A stretch of 64,000 nt of DNA from Entomortierella parvispora E1425. Lineage: Eukaryota > Fungi > Mortierellomycota. The DNA is taken from positions 62,001-126,000 of the forward strand of contig BQFW01000009.1 of NCBI GenBank assembly GCA_020891255.1, read 5' to 3'. The notes beneath the pieces are model-generated. The model saw nothing but the letters and a program-made list of their open reading frames with translations. It was not told the DNA's origin and did no database searches. The position numbers and the translations under genes were made by a program. Below are positions 55,141 through 64,000 of the stretch, piece after piece (the first letter of the stretch is position 1; every line of letters begins with the position of its first letter).

Positions 55141-57841
55141 CTACAGTTCGTCGTGCACAGCCTCCTTGTTAGTGTCCTCGGTGCTTTCAGAGTCCAGCTC
55201 TTGCTCGACCTCGGCCACCAACTCTTCCACATTGACATTGACCTTCTCTCCTGCCTTGGGCATGGGAGGGTTGGTGCTGTCAGTGAACTCCTTCATCATG
55301 CGGTTCAGCTCCTCGGGAGAGATCATGCCGGGCTTGGGCTCATCAGCGTCCAAAAGATCCTCGCGCTTCTCAACCTCGGCCTCCACCTCCTCTTGGTCAC
55401 GAGCCTCAGCCTTCTCGACCTCAAACTGGGCCTCGGCGTTGGTATCCACACCCAAGTTCACACGGAGCATGTTCTCCACACGTCCGGCAAAGGGCTTGAC
55501 GCCCTCCTTCAAGTTGTATCCCGAGCGAACCAAAGTAATGTCGTAGAGAATCTTGGCCATCTCCTGGAACTGGAGATCCTGCTCGAATCCCTTGGGATCC
55601 TTGTCCGAACGCTCCAGCATGCCCAAGATCAAGGGGTGACCGGGGTTAATCTCAAGAATCTTCTTTTGGTTCTTCATGAACTGGTGCATGGCGTCATCCT
55701 TGTTCTGCTTGGCCTGTCCATCCATCAAACGCTCCATGTTGGCAGTCCAGCCAAAGTCGTTGGCGACAAGGGCGGCGGGGGAGGTGGTCAAGCGCTTAGA
55801 GATGCGGACCTTCTCGACATCGTTCAAGAGGGTTGCGTGCAACCAATCCAAAAGGGAGGCAAACTTGGTCTCGAGCTCCCTCTCAGTGACGGCGGCGTTC
55901 TCGTCACCCAAGTTGAGATCCGACTTGCCAACGTTCTGGAACTTCTTGCCCTCAAAGTTGGCCAACTGGTTCAAAACAATCTCGTCGACGGGGTCATCCA
56001 TGTAAAGAACCTCGTAACCGCGAGCGAGAAGGGACTCGACAAAAGGAGACTGCTTGATCTCCTCAATGTTGGCACCGGTGAAATAAAAGATGTCCTTCTG
56101 GCCCTTCTTCATACGCGAGACATAGTCCTCCAAGGAGGTGTACTTCTCGTGCTCGGAGGTGCGGTAACGCAAAAGACGAGAGATCTTCTTGACGTTCGAC
56201 TTGTCCTCGAGAGCACCGAGCTTCAAGCTGGTACCGAACTCCTTGATGAAACCGGCGTACTTTTCCTCATCCTGGGACAAGGTCTTGAGGAGATCAAACA
56301 TCTTCTTGACCAAGTGCTTGTGAATCGACTTGATGCTCTTGTTGGACTGAACAGTCTCGCGCGAGACGTTCAAAGGAGCATCCTCGGCATCAACCACCAC
56401 CTTCAAGAAGCTGAGCCAGCGGGGCAAGAACTCGGCAGAGTCATCAGTGATGAAGACACGCTTGACGTAAAGCTTGACGTTAGAGAGAACTCCGTCGACA
56501 CGCTGGAAGAGATCCTTGGGAGCCTTGGCGGGAATGTACATGATGCCCTTGAACTCGACATCTCCCTCGGCCTTGAAATGGCTGTAGGCCATGGGCTTGC
56601 TTCCAGTCTCCTTGGTCAAGACAGAGTAAAAAGCGTCATATTCCTCGGGAGTCACCGATTTGGGTTCACGGATCCAGATGGGCTTGTTGCTGTTCATAAG
56701 GTCGTCCTCTTGGTAAGTGACAGTGACAGGTGGAGCCTTCTCCTTGACCTCCTCGACCTTCTCCTCTTCGACAGCAGCCTCCTCAGAGTCCTCGCTCTCT
56801 TCCTCCTTTGCCTCGGGCTCCTTGGCGGGCTCGACCTCGGCCTCAACAGTCTTGGTCTTTGTGCGGCGAAGGTAGATAGGGAAGTTGATGAACTCTGAGT
56901 ATTTGGTGACGAGACCCTGGATGCGAGAGTCATCCAAGTACTGATCCTGACCCTCCTTGAGGTGGATGGCGATCTGGGTACCACGTCCCAAAGTGTTGCC
57001 GGCGGGATCCTTGGCAATGGTGAAATCATCGACAGCAGTCGACTCCCAGATGTATTGGTCGTCTCTGTTGCTCTTGGAGGTCACACGAACTTTGTCGGCC
57101 ACCAAGAATACAGAGTAGAAACCAACACCAAACTTTCCAATCAAATCCATATCAGCAGTGTCGCCAGACATGGTCTCGATGAACTCAGAAGTTCCAGACT
57201 ATCAACATGCAAAGGACGAATGATTGTTAACAACTGACCTCTCACAACAATTGTCAATTGGATGAACTAGCATTGAAGAATGTCAAAAGCATATTACCTT
57301 GGCGATCGTGCCGAGGTTCTTCTGGAGCTCCTCCTTGGTCATACCAACACCAGTGTCAGTAATGGTGATGACACGCTGGTCTTTGTGAACAGCGATGGTC
57401 ACGTTGAGGTTGGGGTTGGATTCGAGTGCAGAAGGATCCGTCAAGGACTGGAAGCGAATCTTGTCCAGGGCATCCGATCCGTTAGAGATGAGCTCACGCA
57501 AGAAGATCTCGGGGGTCTTGTAGAGCGAGTTGATGACAATGTTCATCAAACGGGAGACTTCGGTCTATTTTTGAAAGAGGAATGACAATGTCAGTCTTTT
57601 GCTGGATACGAAACAAGCAATTGAAGCCATTTTTATGCATGACATCATGAAATCAAAGGATCTGTACCTGGAAGTGGAAGGTTTCGCCGTTGAGAACAGG
57701 CTGGGAAGAAGAGTCAAAAGCAAAGTTGTCTGGGACAGCAATGTTATCTCCAGCGCCAAAGGCAGCCTGCGCTGCGGGAGCCTCAGCAGCAACGACCGAG
57801 ATGGCGGCGAGGATGGAAAGGAGGAAGAATGACTTTTTCAT
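55141..57841 (-). CDS. HSP90B1: ER Hsp90 chaperone GRP94/endoplasmin (832 aa)
   Basis: complement(join(55141-57198,57298-57564,57668-57841)). Signal peptide, [53 protein letters not shown] and C-terminal HDEL. Confidence 0.97.
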
Positions 57842-58857
57842 GATTGTGGATTAGGGTAGTGAAATGAAGGGAGGAACAAATAAATACAAAGAGGGGAAGA
57901 GCGGGCTATAAAACAGTGGAGGAAGGAACGAGCAAGGGGGGAGGGTGAAGAGAGTGTAGACTAAAGAAGAAGAAGAAGAAGAAGAAGAAGAAAAGAAGAA
58001 AAAGAAGAAGAGAAAAAGAAGATGAATGGGCAATGGTCCAAGGTGCATGTGGAGAAGACACAGGGCTCTGAGGGACAAAGGAACTCTCGAGAAGGCGCTG
58101 TGGAGTGGCAGCCAGCGATTGGTTCCCATGTTCTGTGCCACGACGAACTTAGTGGCCACTATAAATATGCCCTTGCTAAATACAACCGCCGATCTGTGCC
58201 CTCGCCCAATCACCCGGCGCCGATACGCGTCGATAGGGAAAGGTGTAAATTATCGCACATGTGCCAAGGCTCTGTCCTTCACTCTACCGAGGGCGCCCCT
58301 CTCTTGTGTATACACACCCATTCAGGAACACACACGTACGGTGTATTATTGTTTGTGGATGCCCAGGCAACGAACGCGCTCTCCTGCCTCCCTTCTTCCC
58401 TTTCTTTGCCCTGTCCCTTCCGGTGCTGCAATGCGGTTCCGGGTGCAGCTGACACGGCAGCGATGATGAACTAACCAGCGACATACAAACTATGGCCAAA
58501 AGTCACCATCGCATTCAAAATGTTGTGGTTTCGCTGCCTCACAGCCTCGCCTCGTTGTGGTTGTTGTGAGCAGGCGCCGTGTCGGCACCCAAGGAGGTCC
58601 CTTGCTTCCTCTCATCTCGTCTCTCTATTCTTTCGCCTCTGTCTCTTTTTCTCTCTCTCTCTCTCTCTGTGTTCCCTTTATTTCTCCACCAAGGAAGACG
58701 GAGGTGCCTCTAAGGTTCCATCGCTACCCACTTCTTTCTCAAGGGACGCGGATCACCTCTTTTTGTTCCTGTTTTCTTTTTTCCTCATTCTATCGCAGCT
58801 ATCACCTTCTGACGCACTTTTTTTTTCTTTTGTCCTTTGGTCATTGTCCTCGACACC

Positions 58858-61800
58858 ATGTCTTCCAAAAGGAACTCCTCCATTCAAAACTCGCTGACGA
58901 CTGCTGAGGTCAGGACCCAACATTCAGTCGAGAACTCTAAACGAACCCAACCCGACTCGCCTCCAGCAGTCAAAACCTCTTACTCAATACCCCCCTCTCC
59001 TACACAGCCACTACCGCCACAACAGTCGTCTTTACCAAAAGTCTTCTCCTCTCTGGAGCTCCTTCCTCTTGATCTACTCTTGTACATTGCATCCGCCCGT
59101 TTCTTGACTTTGAATGACATTGTGCAATGGCGGGCCACAAGTTCCATCTTTTATCGGACAATTCCTCTGCCTAATGCTGCTATGGTACCGTGAACCTTCC
59201 TTCTGCCCGCCCTTCTGGATCGCATTATTGTTGTTGTTCGTTGTTGTTGTCCTTTTGTTCCTTGCCTCTCTCCTACCCCCTTCCTCCTTGCCTTTCGCCC
59301 CTTGAATTTTCACCTCGCCCAGAGCACAGCCAGGGTCCAACGGGCGAAGCTTCTTTGCCGCCCCTGCTAATCTCCCGACCATTCTTTCTCATAGATCCTT
59401 CAAGCCGCGCATCTCTTTCAAGTCCGGTCACAGCGGGGTCACCGACGACCCGGGACCGCCTCCACCACCACACCACACCAGCATCCATCAGACGTGCATT
59501 CACACTACAAGGACAGGCAGCTAGATGATGTCATGAATCGTCTGACGCTCTTAATTACGCATCCAGACTTTCAGCCTTACCTCCTTCGATCCAGTTATTC
59601 GTTTCGCCATCTCGATCCGCTGAATCGACATAATCTCTCCACCTCCTCATCACCCTCCTATGGCGACTCGTATTCTTCCTCTGATAGCCAGGACCCATCC
59701 CTCACCTCATCATCCTCATCACCCCCCAAACACCAGCCCTTCAGTCGCTCCAAACGCACGCGACGAGAGCTGCAAGATTATCCCATCTTTTTGAATGGCA
59801 ACCCGCCTGATCTCGTCCGGCTCGCTATTGAGTTTGGACATGGACCCTTTGTCGATCATCTCCTTGATCGAGGCTTTCGACCCCGCGATTTACCGGAATA
59901 CTTCGCATCCATCCCACTGATTCTCTTGGGTGATTCCCCGACAGCTCAACAACGGGAGGACCATAAGAGGCGCAGACAAGAGTTGACCAGGGTATGGGAG
60001 CATATGAGAGGGGCCAACCAGGAGCTGATGGACGCTTGTTCCAACGCCGATCTATCAGCAGTGCTCAAAGTTCTGGATGCGACGCTCCTTTGTCCCCGAC
60101 CCTCGCTGGACCGCCCGTTAGAGCCCCATCCTCCTTCAGCAGGGGACGATGCATCTCTTTCACCGTCAGAACAGGGGCATTACCAACAGCCACAGCCACA
60201 GCAGCCGCCACACCACCAAGAAGGACCAACAGCAACTTCAACTGCAAAAGGCAAGGAGCCAATACGGAACAGGGATTGGTCACACCAAGAAGTTTTGCAA
60301 ACAGATGTTGACAGTCCGATTGCGAGCTCTGTTTGGCATGCTGCAGGAGTAGGGACAAGTGCATCCGCAGCGTCTGCAGCATCGTCTGCATCCGCATGGC
60401 AAAGTCAAGAGGGCTCTTCTCAGTTGCATCAAGCGTCAGGGGACCTCAAGATGCAGGATGACAATAGCTCAAAAATCTTGCCATCGGACGACCCTCAACC
60501 CCTCTTTGTGACCAGACTTCGACAGGAAGGCGACTCGACCATCCCCACCGAAATCCGACCTCACATGCCGTGGATTGATGGAAGGGCCTTGACCAGCGCT
60601 CTGTTGGCAGTTTGCTTCCGCAGGAATGGCTATGACTCTCTCGAAGCAGAGGCACTGGAAGAAAAGTTGGCCGTCCCGATCGTGAAGGAAATCCTCAAAT
60701 ACGACTGTATGCTGACTGCGCCATCACTGGGTCAGGCAGCTCTTGCGATTGCTTATTCGCGCCCACCAGGATCACTCCGCAGAGCGCACGAGCAACGACT
60801 GAATCCAAAAATAGTTCATCCCAGAGAACCGTCAGGCACAGCCCCGGCGAGGGGGAGGGGCGGGGGCGACATTGGCGTCATGGATTTGATGATGGAGCGA
60901 ATTGGACCAAGAGAATGGCTCAAGCTGATCAAGTGTTATCTCCAACGGCAAGCGTTTGACGATTTGGCCGTGATACTGGATCGATGTCCCTTTCGAGGAT
61001 CACAACTTGAGCGTCGGCTTGTAGAAACTCAAAAGCAGTCCATGCCACCACTATCGAGCCAAAGAGGTCGAGGGGAGATCACGTTCACATCTTCAGATCC
61101 ACAGCAGCAGCGATGGCGTCAACAGGCGCGGGAGTTGATATGTCGTGAGGCTGGAATCTGTGGAGTTGGATCCCGCTTGAACCAGTTTACAGGCCGAGGA
61201 AACGGTCAAGCATCCTATAATGTTGCAGGAACACTTCACGAGTCCAGTCGCGTCTTGTTTACTGGCAGCGGAACTCGCTTCAATCACTGCTACATGTTGC
61301 CACGGGGAGGATTCCGAGGGATTGGCGGTAATAGCAGTGGACACACTGGGTCTGCATCTGGGAACCAAGCCCACGCGATCGAAACTGCAGACTCGCAACA
61401 CACTGGAGGAGACAGTTACCAGAATACGCCTCGCATGGAACGAGATGATCCCATTGCAGGAGTGTCCCCGAGGTCAGCTACGATTCGTAGGCAATCCGGT
61501 GACAGTAATGACAATAGCGGTAGCGATGGTTTGGATGAAGACGACGAAGACGACGATCCTTTGCAAGATGCCCGTTCTGGGTTACCTCAAGGAATGGACG
61601 ATTCTCAGGACTCGAACCTCGCATTTGGTGGCGTAGGCAGCAGTACCACATCTAGCTCTCGCCCTGGACCTGGCATCGTTGGCATAGCGATTCAAGTCAG
61701 TGCCCCTGAAGACATTCTTAAGACCCTCCTTCGCATGGGATTTCGATTTTTCAGCATCTGCGATCTCTCCATTTCAGATGCACGGCACCCATTGGCACTA

Positions 61801-64000
61801 CAATTTCGTAGACAGGAGAGGTTGAACAGGCAATTGATCGAGTTTTGTATGGTCCCTGGAGCAGAAGGAGGAACTCTGGACCAAGACAAGGGAAAGGGCG
61901 TGTCCCGTAGGGGCCAGGATGGTCGGAGAGGAAAGGTAACGTTCCAAAGAAGGAACGATCCTGCTGCTCGCGAGGAGGATGCTTTGACAGTGCAGCGGTT
62001 TCTGCATCCAGCGGCAGAGCAACGATCGCGTGGGTACGCCTCTGTTCCTACAGCGTTGCCTGACATGGCCATGACGCCAACAGCCTCCTTCATCGCGACT
62101 GTGGAAGTGGGGCCAATGGTATCTGCTTCTTTTGCAACGGCAGCCTCATCCCTTCAGCACCATCAACAACAACAACAGCACCATCAACAACAACAACAGC
62201 ACCATCAACAACAACAACAGCACCATCAACAACAACAACAGCAGCAACAACAGCAGCAACAACAGCAGCAACAACGTCAGCAACAACAGCCACAACAACA
62301 GCAGCAGCAGAGCATTTCACTACCACCCTTCGATCGTCTTCGATTTGTCCTGCCTCCTGTCCAGCTTGGAGAGTCCTTCGAGTCTCTTGCGTCTTTGAGT
62401 AACTTGCAGCTGCGCAACTCTGATGATCCCTCTACTTTTGTGGTGCCTTTGGATTCCGGAAGATATCGAAACCATGGGTTTGCCGTCTCAATGCCTCTAC
62501 CTATCCGGACATCTATGATTGAGAGCCACAGGACTACCCCCAATGCATTTGCCCTGGGGAGGCGATTTTCTACCCGGACCACAACAAGAGAAGGATCTAT
62601 CAAAGAGCCCATGTGGGTGGAAACAACCCGCCGCCGTGTCCGCGAATTTCTTTCTTCAGAGTACATGGATATGATGACTGTTGGAATATGTCTGCACCAA
62701 GCCTGCTACCACAAGAAGGAGGTCCTGCTTACAGTTTTATTGGAGCATCGATTGTTGGTTGCCCAAGATGCTCTTACAGGTGCTGTGCAAGTCGCCGCCT
62801 CTGTGGGCTGGCGGCGAGGACTGGAGCTTTTGTTGTTGAAGCAGGGAGACCTCGAGGCCGAAATTGAACCAGTGGTCACGACCACCAGTGAGACGGTGCA
62901 TCTTGGCACCTCCATGAAGTGGGACTATGCCACGGCGCCTCGTCTATTTGCGGGCAAGCGTGATCTCAAGAGCGCGACCTTTTCTCTGCTTTTGGACAAT
63001 AGACGTGCATCGCAGATGACGCCCTCCAGAAGCCTCGAGGGTCTTGTTCATCGAACTTTGCGTCGTCATCGAAGTGATGGTGGTCGATTGGACCGTACGC
63101 GAAGAAATAGAGCCGGTACCACTGGACGCACCGAAAGCGGCTCTGTAGAAGATGACGGCTCATCAACGAGATCGCTCACCCATGGTCGTCGCGCTAGTCT
63201 TGATGATTCACTGGCACCAATGTCCACCATCTCTTCGGATACGCCATTGCAGCCATTGCCCCGTCCAACATCATTGACTTTTGATCCAGTTGTCACCACA
63301 ATGCGATCGTCCTCGTTGAGTTCGAGAATATCAACATTTTTGGCCTCGAGTCCCTCCAATGGCTCTGATCGACTGCAGGCTCGAGCACGAGCAAGATCTG
63401 CACCCTTGCAGAGTGCGCTCGCTGGATCAGCTGCCTCAGCACCACCGCGTCCACCAGTAGTGGCCATGCTCTCGACGGGATCTCTGTGGTCGTTGCCTGG
63501 AGTGATGATGTTGCGAAAAAGTCGGAATGCAGTCGTGGCATTGATGGCTGCATGCTCTGGCAACGACCCAGGGTTGGTCTATTGGCTGATCGAAACTTTT
63601 GCCGATATCAAGATGAGCCATATCTTGCAAGCCCTAAAGCTCTCGTGCGACCGTGGGCTCGTTCGAGTGGTCCGCGTCCTCTTGGGTGGCGCCCCTCCTG
63701 CCCCCAAAACGACTGGGGAAGGCCAAAGTGAGGAGGGTAGGGAAGAGGTCCCCTCTAGACTTTTGTTGCGACGATGGATGCGGGACCAATTCAACACGAT
63801 CGCGGCGTTCTGTGGCGAACATTCTATGCGAGGACAGTCCGACCCCTATCCGTTTCTGTTTCTCATGGAGAGTTCTCCACTCTTTCGACACTATTATCAA
63901 ATCCTGAACACAGTTTCTACTTGTCAGTTCATGTTGGCGGCGCCTCACATGTCATCACTACCTACACCGCCAGCACCTCTTTCCCCCCAGCCTTTGGCGG
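58858..64000 (+). CDS. Very large F-box protein with dispersed ankyrin-like repeats (>1,640 aa, 3'-truncated by the window edge)
   Basis: Exon 1 at 58858-59184 has an F-box-like LELLPLDLLLYIASARFLTLNDIVQWRATSSIFY. After intron 59185-59394, I translated 59395-64000 codon by codon and found no stop; this frame is absent from the ORF track. Ankyrin-like pieces: LVRLAIEFGHGPFVDHLLDRG, CLHQACYHKKEVLLTVLLEH, VQVAASVGWRRGLELLL, ALMAACSGNDPGLVYWLIE, ALKLSCDRGLVRVVRVLL. Confidence 0.85.
62155..62310 (+). repeat. Coding (QHHQQQQ)4 perfect 21-bp repeat followed by a polyQ tract
   Basis: cagcaccatcaacaacaacaa x4 (62155-62238), then CAG/CAA codons to about 62310. Confidence 0.95.

Noticed and set aside
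55153-56898. 581-aa antisense ORF opposite GRP94
   Set aside because: This is a typical by-product of strong codon bias in highly expressed chaperone genes (few TTA/CTA/TCA codons), and the translation has no protein-like features.
58081-58144. HSE-like GAActCTCgaGAA and ATTGG…CCACG (ERSE-like) upstream of GRP94
   Set aside because: The HSE has a core mismatch and the ATTGG-CCACG spacing (15 nt) fits neither ERSE nor ERSE-II, so chance occurrence is plausible.

Overview
Intron-rich fungal genomic DNA at about 50% GC with short GT-AG introns, many polyQ proteins and a retained ER Hsp90 (GRP94). This fits an early-diverging fungus, probably Mortierellaceae/Mucoromycota (inference). The window is dominated by one 9-exon gene at 1530-16124 (+) that the ORF track breaks into pieces. 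Hand-spliced, it encodes about 4,587 aa: signal peptide, two His/Lys-rich blocks, about 68 tandem eight-cysteine modules arranged hierarchically with phase-0 introns at the same module position, a homogenised 57-aa repeat stalk, and a C-terminal ricin-B-type lectin domain. It has no evident GPI or TM anchor. The rest holds an orphan multi-exon gene, a polyQ Rua1_C/DUF4451-type regulator (probably with a 2.17-kb microsatellite-filled first intron), NIPSNAP (with a structured GC-AG intron), a COX24/mS38-like gene, a LAMMER/CLK kinase, a GATA factor, several orphans, a GPI-type protein, an SDR, an 81-aa secreted twin-Cx10C peptide, GRP94, and a very large F-box plus dispersed-ankyrin gene that runs off the right edge. 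I saw no tRNA, rRNA, CRISPR array or recognisable transposon. All exon models were derived by hand from splice consensus and frame continuity; no database search was run.
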